DNA of 64,000 nt from Heterodontus francisci (GCF_036365525.1 NC_090416.1:16526945-16590944), one strand, 5' to 3'. Shown: positions 1-12,034, counted from the stretch's first letter. The notes: a model not told the origin generated them from the letters alone. Program-made: numbers and translations.

Positions 1-569
1 AAAGAACAGCAGGGAAGGTATGTGACACGGGTGGAGGGCAGGAGAGATTAAATGACAAAAAGGGTTTCAAGGTGCAAAGCCAAAGAGAGTGGTAATAAAA
101 GATGTGTCTGGAGGAGGTGTGAATGGCAGCTACTGAAAACAAGGTAAAGGAAATAAGAGGTCAACAAGAGAGATAAAATAACAAATCAGCAAAGAAATGG
201 GCAACAAAAATTAGGGCAGGGGGGTTACAAACTAAAATTGTTGAATTCATTGTTGTGTCCGGAAGGCTGTAGAGTGCCCAGTCGAAAGATGAGGTGCTGT
301 TCCTGGAGTTAGCCTCCGATTACTGACATGTTCAGTCAAGTCAGTGTCGACTAGCTGCCCCCTAGACAGAGAATTTGACCCTTCCCCATTAAAAATCCAT
401 TTCTGATTGGTCTCCACAGCAGAAACAGACCCACCTCCCTCCCCTCCCACCAGCAGATTCTCTAGGTTCCTTTTCAACTAACCCTAACCTGCATTACTAT
501 AGAGATCTCAGGATGTCCTCAAGACAGAAAAATAAACACCTGTTTTGAAGTCTGGCCATTGTAACATCG

Positions 570-732
570 TAACCCAATGCACAATGGAAATAAATATTTG
601 GAAATGTTTACTCAGGGACAAATATATTTTTAATAAAGTGTTTTCCCCTGCTCCCCTTGACCCCCTCCCTGTATTTGCATATTGACTAATATATAGATAC
701 TAGTATTCTCCGGGTTCCCGGAGTTACAGTAA
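570..732 (+). promoter_or_regulatory. Inverted paralogue of the IgL V promoter (octamer 673-680)
   Basis: Collinear identical blocks with the functional promoter: TGGAAATAAATA, TGGAAATGTTTA, CCCCTGCTCC, CCCTCCCTGTATTTGCATA (19 nt), ATAGATACT, GGAGTTACAGTAA. Confidence 0.88.
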
Positions 733-960
733 TCTTGTTGAAGTGAAAGCACAATTGCTAAATGTGTGAGAAGCTGAACTCAGCTTTGCCCATGTAGTTG
801 AATGGAGAGTGCACATATGTAGTTGAATAGAGTCATCCACGTATGTAGTTAAATGGAGTGTGCCAGTGTGTAGTAAAATGGGGTTGTGCACATGTCTAAT
901 GGAAAGCAGTTCAGCACCTCCAGGTTCATAGAATCTCTCACTTTGCACAGCAGATGTCAC

Positions 961-1031
961 ATGGCTGCAGCTTTGCCCAGGGAGCCTACCCGGTTCACAC
1001 AGGATAGGCCAGGTGTTAAAGCAAGAGCATT
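961..1031 (+). pseudogene. Degenerate leader-exon remnant (also from 17548, 33487, 50159)
   Basis: ATGGCTGCAG identical to leader start; CCCAGGGAGCCT vs CCTGGGGACCCT; ACAG|GATAG vs ACAG|GTGAG (donor lost); then TGTTAA..AGAGCATT vs intronic TGTTAACAGAGCGTT. Confidence 0.6.
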
Positions 1032-1112
1032 TGGTGCTGCCTATTGAAGCTTGCACAGCGGTTAAAGGAAAATACAATTAATGTTCACAAGATGGGAATC
1101 TTGTAATTTGTT

Positions 1113-2314
1113 AGCCATGGCCTCGTGGGTTCAAGTCCCAATCCAGAGACTTGAGCACAAAAAACAGTCTCACATTCTCCGTGTAGTACTGATGGAGTGC
1201 TGCACTGTCGGAGGGTCAGTACTGAGGGAGTGCTGCACTGTCGGAGGGTCAGTACTGAGGGAGTGCTGCACTGTCGGTGGGTCAGTACTGAGGGAGTGCT
1301 GCACTGTCGGAGGGTCAGTACTGAGGGAGTGCTGCATTGTCAGAGGGTCAGTACTGAGGGAGTGCTGCACTGTCGGAGGGTCAGTACTGAGGGAGTGCTG
1401 CACTGTCAGAGGGTCAGTACTGAGGGAGTGCTGCACTGTCGGAGGGTCAGTACTGAGGGACTGCGGCACTGTCGGAGGGTCAGTAGTGAGGGAGTGCTGC
1501 ACTGTCGGAAGGTCAGTACTGAGGGAGTGCTGCACTGTCGGAGGGTCAGTACTGAGGGAGTGCTGCACTGTCGGTGGGTCAGTACTGAGGGAGTGCTGCC
1601 CTGTTGGAAGGTCAGTACTGAGGGAGCGCTGCACTGTCGGAGGGTCAGTACTGAGGGAGTGCTGCACTGTCGGAGGGTCAGTACTGAGGGAGTGCTGCAC
1701 TGTCGGAGGGTCAGTACTGAGGGAGTGCGGCACTGTCGGAGGGTCAGTACTGAGGGAGTGCTGCACTGTCAGAGGGTCAGTACTGAGGGAAAGCTGTATT
1801 GTCAGAGGGTCAGTACTGAGGGAGTGCTGCACCGCCAGAGGGTCAGTTCTGAGGGAGTGCGGCACTGTCGGAGGTTCAGTACTGAGGGAGTGCCGCACTG
1901 TCAGAGGGTCAGTACTGAGGGAAAGCTGTATTGTCAGAGGGTCAGTACTGAGGGAGTGCTGCACCGCCAGAGGGTCAGTTCTGAGGGAGTGCGGCACTGT
2001 CGGAGGTTCAGTACTGAGGGAGTGCCGCACTGTCAGAGGGTCAGTACTGAGGGAGTGCTGCACTGTCTGAGGTGCTATCTTCACAAGTCCCCCTCAGGTG
2101 GACATTATCGATCCCATGACTCTATTTGAAGGAGAGCAGGTGCCCTGGACAATATATATTCCAACATTAACTCCTAAAACTGTAACTGGTCATTATCACG
2201 TTGCTATTTGTGGGAGCTTGCTGTGTAAATGACTGTCAGATTTCCTGCATTTCAACAGTGACTACATTTCAAAACACACTTCAAAAGTACGTCATTGGAT
2301 GTAAACCACTGTGG
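1113..2314 (+). mobile_element. tRNA-derived shark SINE (Deu-domain/SacSINE1-like) with internal minisatellite expansion (also 17697-18210, 33636-34345, 50308-51147)
   Basis: B-box GGTTCAAGTCC, body CAGAGACTTGAGCAC..GGTCATTATCAC..GTGACTACA..TTCAAAAGTAC; a non-expanded copy lies at ~9925-10240; family name from recall. Confidence 0.7.
1185..2068 (+). repeat. 33-bp minisatellite (AGTACTGAGGGAGTGCTGCACTGTCGGAGGGTC), ~27 copies
   Basis: Direct tandem; ~6 copies at 17772-17961, ~12 at 33711-34096, ~16 at 50383-50900. Confidence 0.97.
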
Positions 2315-2334
2315 AGCAGCCTAGTGATCAGACC

Positions 2335-2676
2335 TCTCTGTCTCTCCGTCTGTCTATCTATTAATCTATCTATCTATCTAGCCAGCTATCTATCGATCTA
2401 TCTATCTGTCTGTTTATCTATCGATCTCTCCATATCTATCTTTCTATCTGTCNNNNNNNNNNNNNNNNNNNNNNNNNNNNNNNNNNNNNNNNNNNNNNNN
2501 NNNNNNNNNNNNNNNNNNNNNNNNNNNNNNNNNNNNNNNNNNNNNNNNNNNNNNNNNNNNNNNNNNNNNNNNNNNNNNNNNNNNNNNNNNNNNNNNNNNN
2601 NNNNNNNNNNNNNNNNNNNNNNNNNNNNNNNNNNNNNNNNNNNNNNNNNNNNNNNNNNNNNNNNNNNNNNNNNNNN
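2335..2676. repeat. (TCTA/TCTG)n microsatellite, partly N; continues at 7138-7350 after the LINE
   Basis: LINE is flanked by the same simple repeat on both sides in all units. Confidence 0.85.
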
Positions 2677-5600
2677 CGTAGTTCCAGACGGGGAAGTATA
2701 AAAAATTAACTTTGGGGATTCTCGCACCAGGCTCGGAGGGCGGAGTTCACCTCGGGGATTTTCGGAGCAGAGTCGGAGATGCTCGGACCGACTCGGAGGG
2801 CGGAGTTCACCTCGGGGATACTCGGAGCAGCCTCGGAGAGCGGAGTTCACCTCGGGGACTCTCGGAGCAGACTCGGAAGGCGGAGTTAATCTCGGGGATT
2901 CTCGGACAGACTCGGAGGGCGGAGTTAACCTCGGGGATTCTCGGACAGACTCGGAGGGCGGAGTTAACCTCGGGTATTCTCGGACAGACTCGGAAGGCAG
3001 AGTTAATGTCGATGGGCCGAAGGGCCTGTTTCAGTGCTGTATCTCTAAATAAAAAATAAAAATAAAAATAAATAAAATAATATTTATAGTAGAAATCTAG
3101 CACTAGGGACCATATAGTTAATTATAACAATTTAGTAAGAATTTAATAAGTATTTATTTTATATTAATTAACTAATTAGTGATAGAAATGTCAGTTAAAG
3201 GGGTGAAGTGCTTCACCTGTGAGATGTGGGAAGTCCGTGACACTTCCAGCATTCCGGGCGACTCCGCCTGCAGGAAGTTTACCCAGTTGCAGCTCCTCAC
3301 AGACCGCATGGATCGGTTGGAGCGGCAACTGGATGCACTTAGGAGCATGCAGGTGGCAGAGAGCGTCATAGACAGGAGTTTTGGAGAAGTGGTTACACCC
3401 AAGGTGCAGGCAGATAGATGGGTGACCGCTAGAAGGGGCAGGCAGTCAGTGCAGGAATCCCCTGTGGCTATCCCCCTCTGTAACAAGTATACCGTTTTGG
3501 ATACTGTTGGGGGGGGATGGCCTATCAGGGGAAAACAGCAGCAGCAGCCAGAGCAGTGGCACCACGGCTGGCACCGTTGTTCAGCAGGGAGGGACAAAGC
3601 GCAGAAGAGCAATAGTTATCGGGGACTCTGTAGTCAGGGGCACAGATAGGCGCTTCTGTGGACGTGAAAGAGACTCCAGGATGGTATGTTGCCTCCCTGG
3701 TGCCAGGGTCAAGGATGTCTCTGAATGGACAGGGGGCATTCTGAAGGGCGAGGGTGAACAGCCAGAGGTTGTGGTACACATCGGTACCAATGACATAGGC
3801 AGGAAGAGTGATGAGGTCCTGCAGGGGGAGTTTAGGGAGTTAGGTAGTAAGTTAAAAAAACAGGACCTGTAGGGTTGTCATCTCTGGATTAGTCCCTGTG
3901 CCACGTGCCAGTGAGGCTAGAAATAGGAAGCTAGTGCAGCTAAACACGTAGCTGAGCAGCTGGTGTAGAAGGGAGGGTTTCAGATATCTGGACCATTGGG
4001 CTCTCTTCAGGGACAGATGGGACCTGTACAAGAAGGAAGGGTTGCATCTAAACTGGAGCGGCATTAATATCCTTGCTGCAAAGTTTGCTAGCGTCACTCG
4101 GGAGGGTTTAAACTAGTGTGGCAGGGGGTGGGAACCAGAGCAGTGGGACAGTTAGAAAAATAAATGAGGAGGACATAGTAAATAAGGCCAGTCGGACTAA
4201 GAGGAAGAGCAGGCAGGGAGATGTTGCTGAGCACAGCGGGACTGGTGCTCTGAAGTGCATTTCTTTCAATACGAGAAGTATAACAGGTAAGGCAGATTAA
4301 CTTAGAGCTTGGATTAGTACTTGGAAATATGATGTTGTTGCTATTACAGAGACTTGGTTGAGGGAAGGGCAGGATTGGCAGCTAAATGTTCCAGGCTTTA
4401 GAAGCTTCAGGCAGGATAGAGGGGGATGTAAAAGGGGTGGGGGAGTTGCATTACTGGTTAAGGAGAATATCACAGCTGTACTGCGGGAGGACACCTCAGA
4501 GAGGTCATGCAGCGAGGCAATAGGGGTGGAGCTCAGGAATAGGAAGGGTGCAGGCACGATGTTGGGGGTTTACTACAAGCCTCCCAACAGCCAGCGGGAG
4601 GTAGAGGACAAGATATGTAGACAGATTTTGGAAAGATGTAAAGGTAACAGGGTTGTGGTGGTGGGTGATTTTAACTTCCCCTATATTGACTGGGACTCAC
4701 TTAGTGCTAGGGGCTTGGATGGGGCATAATTTGTGAGGAGCATCCAGGAGGGCTTCTTGAAACAGTATGTAGATAGTCCAACTAGGGATAGGGCCATTCT
4801 GGACCTGGTATTGGGGAATGAGCCCGGCCAGGTGGTCGAAGTTTCAGTGGGTGAACATTTCGGGAGCAGCGACCATAATTCCATAAGTTTTAAGGTACTT
4901 GTGGATAAGGATAAGAGTAGTCCTCGGGTGAAGGTGCGAAATTGGGGGAAGGCTAATTATAACAATATTAGGCAGGAATTGAAGAATTTAGATTGGAGGG
5001 GCGGCTGTTTGAGGGTAAATCAACATCTGACATGTGGGAGTCTTTCAAACGTCAGCTGATTAGAATCCAGGACCAGCATGTTCCTGTGAGGAAGAAAGAC
5101 AAGTTTGGCATGTTTCGGGAAATTTGTATAACACTGGATGTTGTGAGCCTCGTCAAAAAGAAAAAGGAAGCATTTGTCAGGGTTGGAAGGCTCGGAACAG
5201 ACTTGAGGAATATAAAGACAGTGGGAAGGAACTTAAGCAAGGAGTTAGGAGGGCTAAAAGGGGTCATAAAAGGTCATTGGCAAACAGGATGAAGGAGAAT
5301 CCCAAGGCTTTTTATACATATACAAAGAGCAAGAGGGTAACCAGGGAAAGGGTTGGCCCACTCAAGGATAGAGATGGGAATCTATGTGTGGAGCCAGAGG
5401 AAATGGGCGAGGTGCTAAATGAGTACTTTGCATCAGTATTCACCAAAGAGAAGGACTTGGTGGATGATGAGCCTAGGGAAGGGAGTGCAGATAGTCTCAG
5501 TCATCTCATTATTAAAAAGGAGGAGGTGTTGGGTGTTTTGCAAAGCATTAAGGTAGATAAGTCCCCAGGGCCTGATGGGATCTACCCTAGAATACTGAGG

Positions 5601-7138
5601 GAGGCAAGGGAAGAAATTGATGGTTTCTTGTCAGAAATCTTTGCATCATTTTTGGCTACAGGTGAGGTCCCAGAGGACTGGAGAAAAGCTAATGTTGTTC
5701 CTTTGTTTAAGAAGGGTGGCAAGGATAATCCAGGAAATTATAGGCCGGTGAGCCTTCCGTCAGTGGTAGGGAAACTATTAAAGAGGATTATTCGGGACAG
5801 GATTTACTCCCATTTGGAAACAAACGAACTTATTAGTGAGAGACAGCATGGCTTTGTGAAGTGGAGGTTGTGTCTTACTAATTTGATTGAGTTTTTTGAG
5901 GAAGTGACGAAGATGATTGATGAAGGAAGGGCAGTGGATGTTGTCTATATGGACTTTATTAAAGCCTTTGACAAGGTCCCTCATGGCAAACTGGTACAAA
6001 AGGTAATGTCACATGGGATCAGATGTGAGCTGGCAAGATGGATACAGAACTGGCTCGGTCATAGAACACAGAGGGTATCAGTGGATGGGTGTTTTTCTGA
6101 ATGGAGGGATGTGACTAGTGGTGTTCCGCAGGGATCAGTGCTGGGACCTTTGCTGTTTGTAGTATATATAAATGATTTGGAGGAAAATGTAGCTGGTCTG
6201 ATTAGTAAGTTTGCGGACGACACAAAGGTTGGTGGAGTTGCGGATAATGATGAGGATTGTCAGAGGATACAGCAGGATATAGATCGGTTGGAGACTTGGG
6301 CGGAGAAATGGCAGATGGAGTTTAATCTGGACAAATGTGAGGTAATGCATTTTGAAAGGACTAATGCAGGTGGGAGGTATACAGTAAATGGCAGAACCCT
6401 CAGGAGTATTGACAGACAGCGAAATCTGGGCGTACAGGTCCACAGGTCACTGAAAGTGGCAACGCAGGTGGATAAGGTAGTCAAGAAGGCATACGGCATG
6501 CTTGCCTTCATCGGTCGGGGCACAGAGTATAAAAATTGGCAAGTCATGTTGCAGCTGCACAGAACCTTAGTTCGGCCACACTTAGAATATTGCGTGCAAT
6601 TCTGGTCGCCACACTACCAGAAGGACGTGGAGGCTTTGGAGAGGGTACAAAGGAGGTTTACGGATGCTGCCTGGTCTGGAGGGCATTAACTATGAGGAGA
6701 GGTTGGAAAAAGTCGGATTGTTTTCACTGGGACGACGGAGGTGGAGGGGCGACATGATAGAGGTTTACAAAGTTATGAGCGGGATGGACAGAGTGGATAG
6801 TCAGAAGCTTTTTCCCAGAGTGGAAGAGTCAGATACTATGGGACATAGGTATAAGGTGCGAGGGGCAAAGTTTAGAGGGGATGTACGAGGCAAGTTTTAT
6901 ACACAGAGGGTGGTGAGTGCCTGGAACTTGCTGCCAGGGGAGGTGGTGGAAGCAGATACGATAGCGATGTTTAAGTGACATCTTGACAAATACATGAATA
7001 GGAAGGAAATAGAGGGATATGGGCCCCGGAAGTGCAGAAGGTGTTAGATTAGGCAGGCATCAAGATCGGTGCAGGCTTGGAGGGCCGAATGGCCTGTTCC
7101 TGTGTGGTACTGTTCTTTGTTCTTGTTCTTTGTTCTCT
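2677..7138 (+). mobile_element. Full-length CR1-clade LINE, disabled (unit 1); ORF1 ~3188-4116, ORF2 ~4118-7050
   Basis: ORF1: CxxC, leucine zipper, SGNH esterase motifs (GDS, GTND, GLHL); ORF2: APE endonuclease (ITETW, GDFN, SDH) and RT (GVPQGSVLGP, FADD); tail GGCCGAATGGCCTG..(TTCTTTG)n; stops and frameshifts. Confidence 0.95.
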
Positions 7139-7350
7139 CTGTCTATCTGTCTATCTGTCTATCTATCTATCTGTCTATCTATCTATCTGACTATCGATCT
7201 ATCGATTAATCTATCTGTCCATATCTATCTATCTATGTATCTATCTATCTGTCTATCTATCCACCTGTCCATCTCTCTTGCTCTATCTATTTGTCTGTCT
7301 GTCCATCTCTATCTATCTGTCTGTCCATCTCTGTCTGTCTGTCTGTCTAT

Positions 7351-7403
7351 CCCTCAGTACTGACCCTTTGACAGTGCGGCACTCCCTCAGTACTGACCCT
7401 TTG
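7351..7403 (-). repeat. Inverted 1.6 copies of the 33-bp unit (2.6 copies at 56762-56848)
   Basis: CCCTCAGTACTGACCCTTTGACAGTGCGGCACTCCCTCAGTACTGACCC. Confidence 0.9.
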
Positions 7404-8623
7404 GGAACTGAATATTCCAGGGTATTTGACAGTTTGGAATGACAGGAAGCAAGGAAAAGGAGGTGGTGAAGCTCAGTTAATAAAGGATGAGATCAGTACA
7501 GTAGTGAGAAATGATCTTGTATCAGAAAATCAAGATGTGGAATCAGTTTGGGTGGAGATATGAAATAGCAAAAATTCATACTGGAGCTGCACTGTAAGAC
7601 AGAGTATAAATCAAGAAATAATGGGGGCTTGTAAGGAAAATACTGCAGTAATCCTGGGTGATTTTAATCTTCATATAGATTGGAGTAATCAAACTGGTAA
7701 AGTTAGATAGAGGATGAGTTCATGGAGTGTACTCAGGACAGTTTCTTAGAACAATACATTCTGGAACCAATCCGAGAGCAGGCTATTTTAGACCTGGTAA
7801 TGTGTAAGGAGACAGAATTAAATAATGACCTCTTAGTAAAGGAAGAATAGAAAAGTAGAATATTATTTACATGGAGAGAGACTGCAGAATGCTGCAGTAC
7901 AGAGGGATCTGGGTGTCCTTGTACATGGATCACAAAATGTTAACATGCAGGTTCAGCAAGTAATTAGGAAGAGAAATGGAATGTTTGTATTTATTGCAAT
8001 GGGGATGGAATATAAAAGTAGGGCCATCTTGCTACAACTGTACCGGGTATTGGTGAGACCGCACCTAGAATACTGCATACAGTTTTGGTCTCCTTATTTA
8101 AGGAGGGATAGACTTGCATTGGAAGCAGTTCAGAGAAGGTTCACTTGGCTGATTCCTGGGATGAAGGGATTGTCTTATAAGGAAAGGTTGAGCAGGTTGG
8201 GCCTGTTTAGAGTTTAGAAGAATGAGAGGTGATCTTATTGAAATGTGTAACGTTCTGAAGGGGTTTGACGGGGTAGATACTGAGAGGATGTTTCCCCTCG
8301 TGGGGGAATCTAGAACTAGGGGGAACAGTTACAGAATACGGGGTCTCCCATTTAAGACGGAGATGAGGAGGAATTTCTTCTCTGAGGGTCATTAATCTTT
8401 GGAATTCTCTTCCCCAGGGAGCAGTGGAGGCTGGGTCATTGAATATATTCAAGGCTGAGTTGGAGAGTTTTTTGATCTACAAGGGAGTTGAGGGTTATGG
8501 TGGGGGGCCGAGAGGAATGTGGAGTTAAAGTCACAATCATATAATCCGTGATCTCATCGAATGGCAGAACAGTCTCGAGGGGCCGAATGGCCTTCTCCTG
8601 TTCTTATTTCTTATGCTTTTATG
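7404..8623 (+). mobile_element. Older internally deleted CR1 fragment (also ~23020-24238, 39578-40798, 56846-58066)
   Basis: Endonuclease remnants (GDFN) joined near 7845 to RT C-terminus (LVRPHLEYCIQFWSPY) and tail GGCCGAATGGCCT..TTCTTATG. Confidence 0.85.
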
Positions 8624-8629
8624 TTGAAG

Positions 8630-8914
8630 ATATCGTACCTGCTGTATTCAATAGCTGTCCAGGTCTTTAAAGCCCAAAGTGGCCGTAACTGTTCCTATCT
8701 GTGCAGAGACCCCTTGGCAGTAATATAATATAATAAAAATGGCCTGGCTGAAACTCCCCGGGTCTGGATATCTCAGTACAGATCGGGGAAGGGATGGTGG
8801 GAGTGCTGGAATCTGGGCCTTCCCAGCAAGTGTCCTGTAAGGGAACTGAATGACCTCAACGAAGGAACGAGTTCACAGAGGGAGATGAGGCCGGAGTGAT
8901 TGCAGTGTGTGCGA
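8630..8914 (+). pseudogene. Decayed V-like exon
   Basis: TTGAAG acceptor, then collinear remnants with frameshifts and stops: DIVPAVFNSCP (vs GVLAVPVLNQTP), TGT GCA, GGC AGT, PG/ETPRVWI (vs PGEAPVWV), GLPSK, GAT GAG GC.., TGC AGT GTG TG; about V-exon length; cut at 3' end by a reverse retroposon tail. Confidence 0.5.
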
Positions 8915-9326
8915 ACAAGAGGAGGCCATTCAGCCCTTCGAGACTGCTGTACCATTCCATTAGATCATAGCTGGTCTGTACCTTAACCCCATATACCCTG
9001 CCTTAGCTCCATAGTCCTTGCTGCCCTTACCCAATAAAAATCTATCAACCACAATCTTTATAACTCCAATTTTTAATGAAGTGCATTTCTATAGCGTCTT
9101 TCACAACCTCAGGATGTTCCCAAAGTGCTTCGCAGCCAATGAAATACCTTGAAAAGCAATGTTGGGAAATGAAGACTGGGATGTAGAGCAGGAGGAGTTC
9201 AGTTCAGTTCTCCTGAGGGGCCCAGTCCAGATAATGGGTTGTTTTGTTATAAATGTGTGACGTGTCCAAGAATGGAACCGTTTAACGGTGTTTCTCGGAT
9301 TTCCGTCCTGTTTCTGTGTGTTTCAG

Positions 9327-9436
9327 AGCAGGGGAACTGGGCCCAGATGCTGCTGCTCTCTGCTGCTTATCAGACAGTGAACAGGGATGTTTCGGTTCCT
9401 CCCCGAGGCTCCTCTCCCACCCCCTGCAGCGAGTGA
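9327..9436 (+). pseudogene. C-like mini-exon, internally deleted (also 24942-25051, 41502-41611, 58772-58881)
   Basis: Strong acceptor TCCTGTTTCTGTGTGTTTCAG|, phase-1 frame QGNWAQMLLLSAAYQTVNRDVSVPPRGSSPTPCSE*; start resembles SEDRKPSVLLLPPS and end resembles ISSTACSD*. Confidence 0.45.
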
Positions 9437-9659
9437 CCACACCACCTGCACCACATCACAAACAAGACAAAAACAGCATCGATTTGGGTATCAGGATCTA
9501 AAATAAGGCTTTCAGAACACCGCCCAGGTCCCCTGTGGTTGATGACGAGGGCCTGATCTGAGCTGCATTCAGTGCCATTCTCAGACCCAGTCTGGAACCT
9601 GGCTGTTCGGCCATGTGAATCATCAACATTGTGGATTTAACTGGACTGATAAACGTTTG

Positions 9660-9825
9660 ATGGCCTTTAAGATACTCCTTAAAACCTACCTCTTTGACCG
9701 AGCTTTTGGTCACCTGCTCTAATATCTCCGAATGTGGCTCAGCATTAAACTTTGTTTGCTGACACTCCTTGCGACGTTTTATTACATTAAAGGCGCCATA
9801 TAAATGCAGATTGGTTGTTGTTTGC
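9660..9825 (+). mobile_element. L2-like LINE 3' tail fragment (repeated in each unit)
   Basis: FKILLKTYLF-like end and AAAGGCGCCATATAAATGCA tail. Confidence 0.55.
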
Positions 9826-11349
9826 AGATGACAATTCGTTGAAGACCTTAATAACTAACCGACTGCAGGCCATGAAGTACATCAACTAAAGCCACAATTA
9901 AAACTCAAGGCTTCTGATGTAAGTACAGTACTGAAGGAATACCGCACTGCCGGAGGGGCTATCTGTCACTTGGAATCTGCCCTCTGTTAAAGATACTGCA
10001 ACCCCTATTTAGAAAAAGAGTTGGGGAGTTCTCCCCCATCCCCGTGTCTTGGCTGATATTTATCCTTCAATCAATATCACAAAAAAAAATCACCTGGGTC
10101 ATTATCTCATTGTTATGTGTGTGGGATCATGCTGTGCGCAAATTGGCTGCTGTGTTTCCTACATTACAACAGTTGACTAGACTTCAAAAAAAATACTTGG
10201 TTGGCTGTAAAGCGCTGTGCGACATTCTGAAGCTGTGAAAGGAGGCTCACTGTCACCTTCTCAGGGGGACAACCAGTGATGGACAATAAATGGCTGGTCT
10301 TACCAGAGATGCCCACATCTCGAGAATGAAGAAGTGCAGGTTCTGTCTCTCTGGACGCTGTGATGTCCCCTTGTAAAACATATTGAAACTAAATAGTTCT
10401 AAAAACATCTGCATAAATACAGCATCCTCAGACTCGAGATGAGGATTAAACCTGCATTTAATACCTCTTTAAGTGCGTGGCCCCTTTAAGGTGTGCTGAG
10501 GGACTCTGCTTTTCCAGCACTCTCTGTCCATTTACTCTTTGAGGTGATGCAACCGATACTCTCTCCACAGCCGGGGGCTCAGTTAACAGCCCTTCCCTCT
10601 TATGGCCCCTAGTTCTGCTCTCACCCGCAAGTGGAAACGTCCAGCCTTATCGAGGCCTTTCATAACCTGAAAGGCCTCCATCAGGTCCTACCCTCCCCCC
10701 TTCTCGGTCTTCTCTTTTCAACCTATCCTGGTAGCCTATCTCAGTACTGGTACCATCCCAGCACATCTTTTCTTGCACCTTCTCCAGTGTCATTTTATAA
10801 CATGGAGACGGGAACAGTGCACAGTAATTCCAAGTGTGGTCTAACTGAGGTTCCCTACAAGTTTGACTTAATGTATCTGCTTCTCAATTCTATCCCTCGA
10901 GAAATTAACCCCGGTGTTTGGATTGCTTTTTATATGGCCTTATTCAGCAGCATTGCTGCAGTTACTCTATAACCCTCGATCCACAACCCTATTTAGACTC
11001 TTTCTTCCCCACCTCCCCCTCCCTCCAGGACTAGGTGACCTCATTCATCCTCCCAAAAAGTAGCACCTCACACTTATCCATACTGACCTTCATTTGCCAA
11101 TTACACACCCATTCTGCATGTCACTTCATGTCCTGTCATTTGTGATGGACCTAATATTAACTGCAGCCTCCCCCAATTTGGAGTCATCAGCAAGCTCTCA
11201 AATTGTACCTGGGGCTAGTCTGTCCCGTGCCATCCCATCTCTCGGACCGGGATAGTGAGCAGTTCTCCCTGGGAGGGACGGTATTTTATTCCAAACAGAG
11301 GCTTTTCCTGTAAATCACATACAATGATGGTCTAGTATGGGAGAAACTA

Positions 11350-11840
11350 CACTTTAGGATGGGAGGGTTGTTGAGAGTGTGCAGAGGAGGTTTACCGGAA
11401 TGGTTCCAGGGATGGGGGAATTCTAGTTATAAGGTCAGCCTGGAGAAGCTGGGATTGTTTTCCCTGGAGCGAAGGAGATTGCAGGGAGATTTGATAGAGG
11501 TGGACAAGATTATGACAGATCTGGATAGAGTAGACAAGGAAAAACAGTTCCCATTAACTGATGGTACAAGGGCTAGGAGACACAGATTGAACGTTTTGGG
11601 CAAGAGATACAGGGGAGAGGGGGGTGGGGGGATGTGAGGAAGAAATTATTTATTTTTAAATGCAGTGAGTGACAATGACCTGGAACTCACTGCCTACCAG
11701 AGTGGTGGAAGCGGGAGACAATGATTTCAGGAACACTTGAAGGAAATAAATTCGCAGGGGGCCACGGGGGAGTGGGACTGACTGGATTGCACTACGGGGA
11801 GCTGTCATGGATCCGAGGGGCCGAATAACCTCCTTCTGCG
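11350..11840 (+). mobile_element. Degenerate CR1 3' fragment (repeated in each unit)
   Basis: LEKLGLFSLERRRLQGDLIEV..G.R.RGH..; tail GAGGGGCCGAAT. Confidence 0.75.
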
Positions 11841-12028
11841 CCAGAAATAAAATCGAAGACGTTTAAAATAGCTAACTCTGCTTGAATATTTTTTATTAAA
11901 TCTGCCCAAAAGAAAAATCCTCAAATCGCCAATATTCGTACAGTTAACCACTGACGCACCAATATCCACCTCAACTCACCCCCAAACCCCCACAAAAAAA
12001 TAACAGAGCAATTTGAATTCATGTCATC

Positions 12029-12034
12029 TTTATT
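12029..12034 (-). terminator. Probable poly(A) signal, cluster 1
   Basis: AATAAA on minus strand ~330 nt after the stop; conserved in all four units. Confidence 0.65.

Noticed and set aside
1185-2068. CRISPR-like appearance of the 33-bp and 39-bp arrays
   Set aside because: No unique spacers, no cas genes, vertebrate context.
1081-2129. 300+ aa Cys/His-rich ORFs on both strands (RECCTVGGSVL repeats)
   Set aside because: Translations of a stop-free 33-bp minisatellite; length varies freely among units.
9190-9240. Possible J relic of the inverted gene; also TCAGTTCTCCTG matching the C exon
   Set aside because: No FGxG, RSS or convincing donor; the isolated 12-mer is not collinear with other matches.
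9373-9392. GACAGTGAACAGGG resembling the V RSS start (CACAGTGAGACAGGG)
   Set aside because: Lacks the essential CAC and any nonamer; lies inside the C-like mini-exon, so treated as chance.
10631-10972. 113-aa ORF repeated in all units
   Set aside because: Appears to be the antisense of a degraded CR1 RT fragment; recurrence reflects the duplication.
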